64,000 nt of DNA, from NCBI GenBank assembly GCA_040772485.1, contig JAXGYC010000007.1, positions 192,001 through 256,000 of the forward strand, in the 5' to 3' direction. Under the pieces are notes generated by a model, which worked only from the letters and a program-made list of their open reading frames with translations, made no database searches and had not been told where the DNA came from. This document shows positions 29,395 to 39,110 of this stretch, piece after piece (the first letter of the stretch is position 1; each line of letters begins with the position of its first letter). The DNA comes from Sedimentisphaerales bacterium. Lineage in GTDB: Bacteria > Planctomycetota > Phycisphaerae > Sedimentisphaerales > Anaerobacaceae. The position numbers were made by a program, and so were the translations under genes.

Positions 29395-30966
29395 TCATGG
29401 GACCCGCCGGATGCGCAGGGCCATGTAAGGTTTCTCGGGCAAATCGATTACCGCCCGGCTCTTGTCAACATACTGGTAGCGGTCCAGCGCCTCCACCTCA
29501 AACGTCCGCTCCACCGGCACGACCGTCATGTTCCACGTGTCGATGATCTGGGCCTGGAACCGCATCCCCTCCTCGAGTTCCGCACGAGGCAGCACAAACG
29601 GCCACTTCGCCATCTGTTCCTTGCCGAAGTAGATCAGGTAGTACTGCCCTGGCTGGCCCGCCATGTTGGTTTCGTAGTACTGGTCGATCGGATCGAGCCC
29701 CCCATCCGGGCCGTCCTCGACGATCTGTCGCAGGAAGGCGATGCGGGCGGGACTGGCTCCGGCGAGCGTGCCACCCCGCGAGATCCATCCGTCGCCGTCG
29801 GACTGCACACGCGTTTCCCCATGCGTGGCATAGGCGCCGCCAATGACGGCGATCCAGAACCGATAGACCATCTCCTCGCCCGTGAGCCGGCCCCAACGCT
29901 TGGCGATGGTGCCCTCGTAGTTGATCTCGTCGTGTACGATGGGCTTGCGATAGATGTCGCGCAGCAAGGGCGAGACGCCGAAGAAACGCACCGCCATGTA
30001 GTACTGAAGGCTCACATGTGTGACCCAGGGCTTGCCGTAATCGTAGATGCGTCCGGCGTTGTGAATCGACCGCAGATGTCCGTACGGGTCCTTCGCCTGC
30101 ACCAGTTGGAACAGTCGGTCCCAGTCGGTGTCAGTCAGATGCCGTATGAAGCTGTTCTCGTTGGCCAGGGACCACCAGACATTGCGGTACGCCGCCAAAC
30201 GGGCCACAAGATAGCGTACGAAGCGGTCGTTGGTCTCCGCATCCATCGTGTCGAAGCCCCACTTGCCGCCGTCATACGGCCGAAACAGGATCACATCGGC
30301 CTCGATACCCAGATCGCGAAGCTGTACGACACACGCTTCCAGTCGCCGGAAATACTCCGGCTTGAAGCGGGAAAAATCCCAGGTCTCTTTCGATGTCCCC
30401 TCGAACGGAAAGCAGTCCAGCGCCCCGGGCCCTTCGACATAGCTCGTGCGCCAGGGCGGGACCGCCAGAAAGCGCGCCTTGTTGAAGGGGGATTGCTTGA
30501 GCGTTTCGAGAGTCTGCCGGCGTCGCTCCTCGGACTGAAACGGCCACTCGTAGATCGTCGTGCCGAACGGGTAGAACGGCGTCCCGTCGGCGTACCCGAA
30601 ATGGTACTGGTTACGGACTCGCACGGGACCGTGGCACCTGGGGGAGGGAGGGAGGCAGACAAACTGTCCTTCGTGGCCATCCAGGGCTTCGCGATTGCTT
30701 TTGGTCCGGTAGGTCCATATGCCTTCGCGGTCGGGCATGAAACGGACCTTGAAGAGACCGTCTCCATCGTGGAATCCCTCGGGCTCGAAGGCGCGATCGC
30801 CCTGCCGAAAGACGGCGCTGAACTCGATGCCGACGAACGGATTGCCTGTCGCCGGACCGGATAGCGTCAGCTCGAAGTCATCCCACATCCGAACGGATCT
30901 ATCCTCGCCCGCCGAGGCGCCCGCCCACACCAGGAAAACCAGAGCGATCCTCACCAGACGCTTCAT
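29395..30966 (-). CDS. Secreted DUF5060/DUF4038/DUF5605 glycoside-hydrolase-like protein (GH140-related fold)
   Basis: FEL.L.GP..GNPF, F.VRFMP...G.W.Y, HF.YADGTPFYPFGTT.Y, NVWWSLANE, SIHN, DE..YEG, IIDTWNMT. Confidence 0.8.
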   Translation of the reverse strand: MKRLVRIALVFLVWAGASAGEDRSVRMWDDFELTLSGPATGNPFVGIEFSAVFRQGDRAFEPEGFHDGDGLFKVRFMPDREGIWTYRTKSNREALDGHEGQFVCLPPSPRCHGPVRVRNQYHFGYADGTPFYPFGTTIYEWPFQSEERRRQTLETLKQSPFNKARFLAVPPWRTSYVEGPGALDCFPFEGTSKETWDFSRFKPEYFRRLEACVVQLRDLGIEADVILFRPYDGGKWGFDTMDAETNDRFVRYLVARLAAYRNVWWSLANENSFIRHLTDTDWDRLFQLVQAKDPYGHLRSIHNAGRIYDYGKPWVTHVSLQYYMAVRFFGVSPLLRDIYRKPIVHDEINYEGTIAKRWGRLTGEEMVYRFWIAVIGGAYATHGETRVQSDGDGWISRGGTLAGASPARIAFLRQIVEDGPDGGLDPIDQYYETNMAGQPGQYYLIYFGKEQMAKWPFVLPRAELEEGMRFQAQIIDTWNMTVVPVERTFEVEALDRYQYVDKSRAVIDLPEKPYMALRIRRVP

Positions 30967-31170
30967 ACGAATGCGTTCCCTTCTCGTCAGAGGGCCATAC
31001 CCTGCCCCGAAACCGTCTGGGCCGGGGCTCAGTAGACTCTATCGCTTCCGCCACCGTCGGGCAAGCCTTTGCCCGCCAGCGCGTAGTGACACGTAGGCAA
31101 TTGCCCCCATAGCAGGTTGAGGATTTTCCCTATGGCGGCCCCAACCCCGCCTCCGTACTATCCCAGTGCG

Positions 31171-31203
31171 TTGACAATGTCCGTTCAACGGGGACGGACA
31201 TTG
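31171..31203. promoter_or_regulatory. Inverted repeat overlapping a TTGACA hexamer in a divergent intergenic region
   Basis: CAATGTCCGT(31175-84)...ACGGACATTG(31194-203). TTGACA at 31171-76. Confidence 0.45.
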
Positions 31204-31352
31204 CGGAACGGGTGCTCTGCCATGGCAGGGCCTATGGGAAGGAGTTGGCACGCCGGCAGAGTTCCTATTGGGAACGTCAAAAGGGCACACGAAGCGGAAG
31301 AGACCGGAAGACCGACCTCGGGAAGCGATGGTGCTGGAAGGCGGGCCGAGTT

Positions 31353-31940
31353 ATGAACCACGGACGTCATAACATCTACTATGCCGACGGCGACCTAAAG
31401 AGCACAAGACCCGTGCAGGCTGCGCTCGAGCGGGCGGATGCGGCGGTATCCTGTTTCACTGACCCTGAGAAGTGTCTGAAAGCCATCCGTGACGCCGGGT
31501 GTCGGCTCCTCGTCACCAACGTCCCGGAGCCAGCGGTCGAGGGCATCAAGCTGCTGACCCGTGTCCGGCACGTCGCACCCTGGTTGCCGGTCATCATGCT
31601 GGTCGAACCCGGTCAGATCGACACCGCCGTCCAGGCTATGAAGGCCGGCGCCACAGATTGCCTGGAGCGGCCTCCTCAGACGAGCCGGCTGCTGGCAGCC
31701 GTGAATCAGGCGCTCCACCGAACGGACGTCACGACACCGTCGAAACCTCTGACGGAGGTGGAACAGGCGGTGCTGCACCTCGTGCTGCAAGGAAAGACCA
31801 ACGGTGAAATCGCCGCCGAACTCCATCGATCCCGACGCACGGTGGAAGTCCATCGCGCCAATATCATGACGAAGCTCGGAGCACGTCATATCGTCGACCT
31901 CGTGCGTCACGCCGGCCTTGCCGGCCTGACGGACATGTAA
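31353..31940 (+). CDS. FixJ/LuxR-type response regulator with degenerate receiver
   Basis: REC-like N-terminus (AVQAMKAGA.DCLE.P) plus LT..E..VL.LV..GKTN.EIA..L.RS.RTVEVHRANIM.KL. Confidence 0.88.
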   Translation: MNHGRHNIYYADGDLKSTRPVQAALERADAAVSCFTDPEKCLKAIRDAGCRLLVTNVPEPAVEGIKLLTRVRHVAPWLPVIMLVEPGQIDTAVQAMKAGATDCLERPPQTSRLLAAVNQALHRTDVTTPSKPLTEVEQAVLHLVLQGKTNGEIAAELHRSRRTVEVHRANIMTKLGARHIVDLVRHAGLAGLTDM

Positions 31941-31980
31941 ATCCGCTGATCGCGACGTTTGTCCCACAGACGCACCGGTA

Positions 31981-32538
31981 TCATGCCCAACAGGCTTGCA
32001 GCCGTCGTCGCAGTGATGTCTTGGCGCGGTGGAAGCGGATGCGGGCTCGTTCAGGCGTGGTTCGCGTGCGCAGGGCGATTTCGGTGTAGGGCAGGTTCTC
32101 ATAGCAGCGTAGACGCACCACGTCCCTGTGCTGGCCCTGGAGATGTTCGACTGCCATGGCGACCTGTTGCAGGGTTTCCTCGTGAATCTCCGATTGCAGT
32201 GGGTTGTCGTCGCTGTCGGCGCATCGGCGGTCCTGGAGGAAGCTGCTCTGCATGGCCGTCTGAAGGCGCCGCCGCCGGAAGGCGTCCTGAATCTTGGTGT
32301 AAGCGATCCGATACATCCACGGCCAGAAGCGATCGGGATCGCGCAACGACTCGACGCCACACAGCATCGCCAGCAGCGTGTCCTGGAGAATGTCCTCGGT
32401 CATGTCGTGGCTGAGCGTGATCCGCAGCACAAACGGGTAGAGCCGCTGCCAGACGACACCGGCCAGGTCTCCCAGGCCGGTCTTGTCTCCCGAGCCGGCT
32501 TGCCCCGGCAAGGTGTTCTGATTGTTCTCCGCACTCAT
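31981..32538 (-). CDS. ECF-type sigma-70 factor
   Basis: Region 2 EDILQDT...F.PW.YRIA, region 4 L....RDVV.LR.YE.LPY.EIA......R.R..RAK. Confidence 0.85.
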   Translation of the reverse strand: MSAENNQNTLPGQAGSGDKTGLGDLAGVVWQRLYPFVLRITLSHDMTEDILQDTLLAMLCGVESLRDPDRFWPWMYRIAYTKIQDAFRRRRLQTAMQSSFLQDRRCADSDDNPLQSEIHEETLQQVAMAVEHLQGQHRDVVRLRCYENLPYTEIALRTRTTPERARIRFHRAKTSLRRRLQACWA

Positions 32539-32700
32539 TTCCCATACTCCGTGTTGCGACCGATGCAGGTTGGTCACCACTGGTCCCGTGTCGCGCGCAC
32601 CATCGGCCGGAGCGAGACAATCCCGCCCGAGTTCGTCGGCCGATGCTGCTCACCCTCCGCCGTAGCCTTCACTGATAAAAGGCCGTTCTCGAAGAAGCGG

Positions 32701-34449
32701 TCACATTGATTCGACAGACGAATCGGTTTTCTGTTCCCCCGCATCAGAAGATTTTTCGGACTCGACCGGTGGCTCGGACGCTTGCACGCCCCCATCCCGC
32801 ACGCGCCAGGTGGGCGCAGCCAGTTCGGGTATGTCCCACGCACCGCCGCACAGGTGGCATCGTTCCATGTCGGCGCGTCGCATCTTGCCGCACGCGGCAC
32901 ACGTCACCAGCCCCGCGCCCGGCCGGGTCATTCGAAACGTGATATAGGCGGGCAAGCCGAAGGCCAGCGTGCCCAGCAGCCAGAGACTTCGGGCATTGCT
33001 CGACAGGCCCACGGCCGCCGCGTCGCGGACAACGCGCCACGCCAGAAAGATCGCCAGGCCGATCCCAGGCAGTATGATCCACAGGGCGCCGAAGAATCGT
33101 GCGACAACACTTTGTCCCATCTGATCGCGGTGCATTGCCGCGAACGAATTCGGAACCAGGAACAGAGTCCGGTGGCTCGCGCCGGCCTCGATCCGGTTGG
33201 CGAGAAAGAACGACGACGCCGTCAGAACGGGCGGGTGGACGTTCTCCAACAGGTACTTCGACACCGTCAGGGCCGGCGCCCACGGCACGTCAAACAGAGC
33301 TGCCCGGGCCGATCCGATCCACACCTCCTGCCGGTGCATCCGCGAGTAGGACTCCCTGCGCGTGTCGACGCGCGTCACCATGTTGCCGTCCTTGTCGAAG
33401 ATTGACATCGCCAGAGATGTCCCCTGCCGGGAGACGCCGACGGCAAGCAGTCCGGCGTACTCATGGTCCGGCCCGATGCAGATCGCGTGCGCCCGGCATG
33501 CGAGCAACTGGGAGGGCCATCGGCGTCCTTCGCCGTACAAGGTCTTGGGCGCGGGCAATATGCCCTTTGCCGGGATGAGCTCCAGCGTTTGCTGGTCCAG
33601 CAGGACGATTTGCCCTGAGGCGTCGATCACAGGGGCATACCGGCTCCAGTAGCCGCTGCTCGTGCTGAATCGGATCGTCCAGTGGTACTCATATCGCGGC
33701 GGCGAGTCCTCATCCTGCGCTTCCCGCAGCACTCGCTTCTTGGGCGGCTCCCAACCGAGAGACAGACCTTCATAGTACAGAGACAGACCTTCATAGTACA
33801 GTGGAGAGCCCACCACAAGCGGCCTTCGCAGCATAGCGTCGGTCAGTTCGGGTCCGGCCTTGACCGTCATGGCCTCGCAGTCGACGGCGAAGAAACGATG
33901 CAGCTTCCTGTCGTAGACGATGTGGTGCAACGAGGCGCCGGCCACGTGGACAGGATCATGGAACCGGCCAAGTGTCTCTTCCGGGGTCATGGACACGTCG
34001 TCCGGTCCGGCATAGTAGATCGCCGTCTGCCGCTCGACGTTCCCGCCGGAATCCCTCTTCTGCCAATATGTGTCACGAAAGACGATTTGCCCGGCCGACC
34101 GGTCGAAGTACATCCAAGCCCCGTCCTGCGCATAATAGAAGACATCCGACCGGTCACCGCCGGGAACTCTGGAAAGGAGATAATCGGTGAATCCAAGCGT
34201 GCGGAGGAGCGGCTCGAAATCCATTCGTGCGAAAGCTGCGGAGCGCTGGTCTGCGTTGGGATCGTTCTCGATCTCTTCCGGCAGAATCCCGGACGGCGAG
34301 AACCGAACGCCCCTCGCCTCTTCGGGCATGCGGCCGCAGAGCAACAACTCCGCAAAGAACCGGCCCCAATGCAAGGGGATAACGAAGAACACCAGAACCA
34401 CAAAGCCCGTGGCCAGGACCCGGATGCCATAGTTCATAGTGGTTTTCAT
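32701..34449 (-). CDS. Membrane protein with C-terminal TMs and zinc ribbon (last gene of ytrA operon)
   Basis: N-terminal TM, C-terminal TMs, CAACG...CHLCG. Confidence 0.75.
   Translation of the reverse strand: MKTTMNYGIRVLATGFVVLVFFVIPLHWGRFFAELLLCGRMPEEARGVRFSPSGILPEEIENDPNADQRSAAFARMDFEPLLRTLGFTDYLLSRVPGGDRSDVFYYAQDGAWMYFDRSAGQIVFRDTYWQKRDSGGNVERQTAIYYAGPDDVSMTPEETLGRFHDPVHVAGASLHHIVYDRKLHRFFAVDCEAMTVKAGPELTDAMLRRPLVVGSPLYYEGLSLYYEGLSLGWEPPKKRVLREAQDEDSPPRYEYHWTIRFSTSSGYWSRYAPVIDASGQIVLLDQQTLELIPAKGILPAPKTLYGEGRRWPSQLLACRAHAICIGPDHEYAGLLAVGVSRQGTSLAMSIFDKDGNMVTRVDTRRESYSRMHRQEVWIGSARAALFDVPWAPALTVSKYLLENVHPPVLTASSFFLANRIEAGASHRTLFLVPNSFAAMHRDQMGQSVVARFFGALWIILPGIGLAIFLAWRVVRDAAAVGLSSNARSLWLLGTLAFGLPAYITFRMTRPGAGLVTCAACGKMRRADMERCHLCGGAWDIPELAAPTWRVRDGGVQASEPPVESEKSSDAGEQKTDSSVESM
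33758..33801. repeat. Perfect 21-bp in-frame tandem duplication
   Basis: AGACAGACCTTCATAGTACAG x2, giving LYYEGLS-LYYEGLS in the protein. Confidence 0.95.
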
Positions 34450-34461
34450 GGTTCGGAACTC

Positions 34462-35103
34462 CTAGAGTGACGACGACGAGAAACGGCACCAGGCGCCGAT
34501 CAGGCAGGCCACAACGAAGACGGCCAGGATTGCAGCGACTTCCAGGCCGAACCCCTTGATCCCGAGCAGCAGAGGCACGAGCATGACGATGGGCAACACG
34601 CCCAGCGTCGGCGCCAGCGAGCCCCGGTTCCATCCGGCGTGGATCCCGACGCTATAGCAGGCCAGGCACGTCAGAAAGACACTGCGAAACAGGTCCGCGA
34701 GTACCCCGCGATACAACGGGACCTCGGCTCGCTGAAGACCCAGCACGATCGAGCCCGCGATCATCACAGGAACCAACAGAATCAGAATCGCCAGCACGCC
34801 GGCCGCGATGCGGGCGGCAAAGATCTGCGGCCGCGTGACGGGCAGCGCGGTCAGGAAGGCCGACACATTTCGCGTCCGGTCCGTGTACATCTGGGCCACT
34901 CCCAGGGCGCACAGCCCGGCGACGACCACAATCGTGGCCGGGATAAGCCCTCCGACAGCCACAACCTCTCGATCGCCCCCTTCCAGGCCCAGACTGATCG
35001 AGACCAGCAACGCGGTCAGCAATCCGCTCAGGACCAAGGCCCCCACAAAATAAGCGATGTGGTCGATGACCTCGCGTTTCAGAAGCGTCCAGAACGTGCG
35101 CAT
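34462..35103 (-). CDS. ABC-2 type permease
   Basis: Multi-TM, FLTALPVTR.QIF..R motif. Confidence 0.8.
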   Translation of the reverse strand: MRTFWTLLKREVIDHIAYFVGALVLSGLLTALLVSISLGLEGGDREVVAVGGLIPATIVVVAGLCALGVAQMYTDRTRNVSAFLTALPVTRPQIFAARIAAGVLAILILLVPVMIAGSIVLGLQRAEVPLYRGVLADLFRSVFLTCLACYSVGIHAGWNRGSLAPTLGVLPIVMLVPLLLGIKGFGLEVAAILAVFVVACLIGAWCRFSSSSL

Positions 35104-35104
35104 G

Positions 35105-36019
35105 TCAAACCTCACTTCCTTCGAGGACCGCGGCGTTCGACGGCCTCGTACACTCGATGAAGATGTCTTCGAGGGTCATCACCAGCTCGCTGCAACTGTC
35201 AGGCCCGAACGTTTCGAGGATGGCCTGCTTCTGCTCGTTCCAGTTGGCGACGGTGAGCACCATCTCGCGTCCGGTGTTTCGCTGGTTGATGATCTCCGTG
35301 ATGTACAGGTTCTCCGGAGCCGCCGACGGGAACAGAATCCGCAGCTTGCGGACGCGCCGTTTGAGCTCTTCGAGCTCGCAGTCCACAACGAGCTTGCCGC
35401 CGGCCATGATGCCGACGCGGTCGGCGATGCGCTCGACGTCCCCGAGGATGTGCGAGCTGAACAGGATCGTGCGGTCCTGTTTCTGGATCAGGTCGATGGC
35501 CAGTTCGAGGAACTGGCGACGCGCGACCGTGTCGAGACCGAGCGTCGGGTCATCGAGGATCAGCAGCTCGGGATCGGCCGCCATCGCCAGCGCGAGGTTG
35601 AGCTGGGCCCTCATGCCGGCCGACAACTCCTTGACCTTGCGGTCCATTGGCAGCCGGAAAGTCTCCATGAGATGGTCGAAGAACTCTGCGTTCCACCGCA
35701 GAGACAGGTCTTTGCACAGCCCGATCAGTCGGCGGACGCGGTAGTTCTGGATCAGATTGTGTCCCTCGGCCACGTATCCAATGCGGGCCCGAGTCCCGGC
35801 GGCCAGGCTTCTCGAATCCTGCCCGAGCAGCAGGGTCCGGCCCCGCGTGGGCGGCTCCAGGCCCAACAGCGCGCGGATCAACGTGGTCTTGCCGCACCCG
35901 TTGCGGCCCAGCAGCCCGTAGATGCAGCCGCGAGGCACCTTCAGATCGATGCCGTCCAGCACGCAACGACCCTCGTAATACTTGACCAGATTCTCAACCA
36001 CAATGGGGTGTTCATCCAT
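35105..36019 (-). CDS. ABC transporter ATP-binding protein (YtrB-like)
   Basis: GRNGCGKTT, LSAGM, LLILDDPT.GLD, SSH. Confidence 0.93.
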   Translation of the reverse strand: MDEHPIVVENLVKYYEGRCVLDGIDLKVPRGCIYGLLGRNGCGKTTLIRALLGLEPPTRGRTLLLGQDSRSLAAGTRARIGYVAEGHNLIQNYRVRRLIGLCKDLSLRWNAEFFDHLMETFRLPMDRKVKELSAGMRAQLNLALAMAADPELLILDDPTLGLDTVARRQFLELAIDLIQKQDRTILFSSHILGDVERIADRVGIMAGGKLVVDCELEELKRRVRKLRILFPSAAPENLYITEIINQRNTGREMVLTVANWNEQKQAILETFGPDSCSELVMTLEDIFIECTRPSNAAVLEGSEV

Positions 36020-36040
36020 ATCCGACCTCTCGTTCGTCAC

Positions 36041-37321
36041 TCAATCGCCCACATCAGACACACCCGCCGCGTGCAACGCCGCCAGGGCGCGGGCGTGATT
36101 CTCGTCGAATCCGCTCCAAGCGTCCACCACCTTCCCATCGGCGCCGATGACAAAACCGACCGGCGGGCTGTCGAACTTGACTCCATAGCCCTCGACGAGG
36201 AGACTCGCTGCCTCCTTGGAGGAATCGAGAACACAGGGAAAGGTGATCCCTTCGTCGCGAAGGAACGTCTGCGCGATGCGCCGGTCGTCGGCGACGTTGA
36301 CGCCGAGAATCACAAGTCCCTTGTCCTTCGCCCTCTCATGCAAGGACTGAAGATACCGTACTTCATCGCGACACGCAGGTGCCCCGACTCGCCAGACACA
36401 GAGCCATACCACGCGGCCCTGAAAGTCGGCCAGACGAATCGTGTTTCCCGAGGCCGAGGACAGCTCGAAACCGGGCGCCTCTGTCCCAGGCTCCAAGAGG
36501 AACTCGTCCAACGACGGCGGATTCCATACACGATACCCTTCCGGCGGGGACCACGCGAACTGCTCGTTTGGGATCGAAGAGTCGATTTCCACACGCCACC
36601 ATTCCTCCACCGCCACGTGGTTGTCGGCCAGGCGAACGATCTCCTTGATCCGCCGGGGCAGGTGGTCCTCCCGGGAGAGCCAGTAGTGCCGCATGCGTTG
36701 GGCCTTGAGGTAGCTGACCTCGATCACGTCGCACGCTTCGCCGTGAATCTCGTTCGCACCGCGAAGCCGGATTCCGTCAATATAGGGCTCGAATTCATCC
36801 GCACCGCCAAAGAACAGACGCGGAGACCAGATCAGATTGCTCCAGGCGACCCCGAGCCGGGTCATTTCGCTCAAAACATCGATGTCCGGGGAACAGGCCA
36901 TGTCTACATAGACGTTGGATTGGGTCTGTTCGTAACGTGCAAAATCGTCAACTTTCAGAAAGGGACGGTCGCTCGACCAGAAGATCCGGAGGCGATCGCC
37001 GTCGGCAAGGACGGTCGTGACCCTCGTGCTCATCCCGTTGGTCAGATCCACGCGAACGAGGTTCGGTTTCTTCAGGCAGACCGTGCAGGCCGAAGGCTCG
37101 CTGCCCGGGCCACTGCAGATGCTTCGATACGACAAAGTCTGCGTGCGGCGCGCCGCTTCGAGCATTGCCTCATACAAAGCCCGCGCCTGCGGCTCGTTTT
37201 CCACAATCATCGTCGGCCGCCAGCGCGCGGCGGAGGCGCTGACCACATACAGGGCCCAGATTTCCACAACCGCGGCCGCCGCCACTACGATCCAGATGTT
37301 GATCTTGTCTTTCATCTGCAT
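36041..37321 (-). CDS. Membrane-anchored LolA-like domain fused to TlpA/redoxin domain
   Basis: N-terminal TM, LKKPN..R.D LolA-like region ending F.WSPPEG, then G..APGFEL....G..IRLADF.G.VV.L..W..GAPAC..E. Confidence 0.75.
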   Translation of the reverse strand: MQMKDKINIWIVVAAAAVVEIWALYVVSASAARWRPTMIVENEPQARALYEAMLEAARRTQTLSYRSICSGPGSEPSACTVCLKKPNLVRVDLTNGMSTRVTTVLADGDRLRIFWSSDRPFLKVDDFARYEQTQSNVYVDMACSPDIDVLSEMTRLGVAWSNLIWSPRLFFGGADEFEPYIDGIRLRGANEIHGEACDVIEVSYLKAQRMRHYWLSREDHLPRRIKEIVRLADNHVAVEEWWRVEIDSSIPNEQFAWSPPEGYRVWNPPSLDEFLLEPGTEAPGFELSSASGNTIRLADFQGRVVWLCVWRVGAPACRDEVRYLQSLHERAKDKGLVILGVNVADDRRIAQTFLRDEGITFPCVLDSSKEAASLLVEGYGVKFDSPPVGFVIGADGKVVDAWSGFDENHARALAALHAAGVSDVGD

Positions 37322-37335
37322 AGAGCTCACAATCG

Positions 37336-38100
37336 TCAATCCCGCACGCGCGAGAACTGCCGACGGCACAACAGCAGCATTCCGACGGCGCCGTAGACGC
37401 ACGTCAGGATCAGGCTGTGCACCACACAGGCCACACTCTTGGACAGACTGAGCCGGCCGACGGTCAACGCGTACGGGCCGTATTCTCCCTCGGCGAACTT
37501 GCGCAACAGCTCGAAGGGAGGCCAGGCGTACCGCACAAAGGCGGTCAGCCACCCCGCCCCCGCTTCTCCGCGCAGCAAACCGATCAGGATGTTCATCAGG
37601 AGATAGCCCGCGATGAAAACAACGAGCAGCAGCAGGGAATTGAACGCGCGTCCCAGAACGACGGAAAGGGAGGTCGAAAGAGCCGCCACGGTGTTGAACA
37701 GTAGCCACGAGGCCAGCAGCCACACGCCGATTCCCTCGATGCTGTTTCTGGGCGTCAGCCAATCCAGCACGCTGAGCAGAACGCCGGCCAGCAGAAGATG
37801 GACGGCCGCCTGAAGCGACAGACCGACCAACCGAAAGAGGTAGAGCTTGCCCGTCCAAAACGGCTTGGTCACGAGCACGCAGATCCGCCCGGAGGCGATG
37901 TCGTCACCGAGAATCCCCGCGCTGAGGGTCAAGGCCAGAAACAGACCGCTCCCGAAGAGGATGAACTTGCCCGTGGTCTCCGTTTTGGTGGGAACGATAC
38001 TCCACCAGTACACCCCGTACATCAGCAGCCAGGTCAGGTGCGCGATCCAGATGTAGCTCCGCCGGAAGTACGTTTCTCGTATCAGTTCATACGCTCTCAT
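37336..38100 (-). CDS. ABC-2 type permease
   Basis: Multi-TM, DIASG.I....TKP. ATGA overlap with the upstream ATPase. Confidence 0.8.
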   Translation of the reverse strand: MRAYELIRETYFRRSYIWIAHLTWLLMYGVYWWSIVPTKTETTGKFILFGSGLFLALTLSAGILGDDIASGRICVLVTKPFWTGKLYLFRLVGLSLQAAVHLLLAGVLLSVLDWLTPRNSIEGIGVWLLASWLLFNTVAALSTSLSVVLGRAFNSLLLLVVFIAGYLLMNILIGLLRGEAGAGWLTAFVRYAWPPFELLRKFAEGEYGPYALTVGRLSLSKSVACVVHSLILTCVYGAVGMLLLCRRQFSRVRD

Positions 38101-39077
38101 TGGCCGTTCCCCTCGCCACACAGACGCAGAAAGACGTCTTCGATGTTCTCTCGCTTCAGTACGACACTCGTGATCCTCGCGCCGTTCGTCACGAGGTCAC
38201 GCACAATATCGGGAACCTCGTCGGCGTCGCCGATGGCGATCATCAATTCGGTACCGGTGACGCGGAGCACCTTGGAGGCGGGCAGCGCCGTTTGGGCTAC
38301 GGTTTCGCCGCTGGAGACGACGCCCACGCAAAGCTGCCCCGCCTGGCTGGCGGTCAGGTCGTCGCCGAACCGGACAATACGGCCCCGGTGCATGAAGATG
38401 TAGTCGTTCGTCAACTTCTCCAGTTCGCCCAATCGGTGGGAGCTGATCACGACCGACGTGCCGCGACCACGCAACTGCTGGAGCAGATCGCGCAGCTCGA
38501 CGATGCCGATCGGGTCGAGACCGTTGCTCGGCTCATCGAGCAACAGCAACTGCGGATCGGACATCATGGCGATGGCCAGGGCCAGGCGCTGTTTCATGCC
38601 TTGCGAGAAATCGGAGGCCGGCCGGTCCGTAAACTCCTGCATTTGCAGTTGCTCGATGGACCTGTCCACCTGCCGGGCGATGCCCTCGCGCGAAAGCCCC
38701 AGTAGCGCGCCGTGGTAGCGCAGCACGGCTCTGGCGGTATACAGGCCCGGGAAGACCGGGTGTTCCGGCATGAATCCCAGGTAGCGTCTGGCGCCCACCG
38801 ACCGGGCCGGATGGCCGCAGACCGTGACCCGCCCTTGCGTGGGCAGGATCAGTCCGGCGATCAGGTTCAGCAGCGTGGACTTGCCCGCGCCGTTGGGACC
38901 GATCAGTCCGACGATCTGCCCCTTCCGCACGGACAACGACACGTCCCGCAGGGCACATACCGCCTTGTCAAGACTCGCAAACGGCCGGCGGAAGACCTTC
39001 GTCAGACCTGCGCATTCAACGACCATCGGCTGTACACCACATTCGCATGCCGGCTTCTCACATGTCTGCACAAGCAC
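38097..39077 (-). CDS. ABC transporter ATP-binding protein
   Basis: GPNGAGKST, FSQGMKQR, LLLDEP.NGLDP, SSH. Start GTG 39077 or ATG 39026. Confidence 0.93.
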   Translation of the reverse strand: MLVQTCEKPACECGVQPMVVECAGLTKVFRRPFASLDKAVCALRDVSLSVRKGQIVGLIGPNGAGKSTLLNLIAGLILPTQGRVTVCGHPARSVGARRYLGFMPEHPVFPGLYTARAVLRYHGALLGLSREGIARQVDRSIEQLQMQEFTDRPASDFSQGMKQRLALAIAMMSDPQLLLLDEPSNGLDPIGIVELRDLLQQLRGRGTSVVISSHRLGELEKLTNDYIFMHRGRIVRFGDDLTASQAGQLCVGVVSSGETVAQTALPASKVLRVTGTELMIAIGDADEVPDIVRDLVTNGARITSVVLKRENIEDVFLRLCGEGNGQ

Positions 39078-39110
39078 AGTGCATCTCCCTTTCACAGATC
39101 CGTCAGAATC

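Noticed and set aside
36370..36400. Selenocysteine in the redoxin active site
   Set aside because: The codon is GCA, not TGA, and the frame is open.
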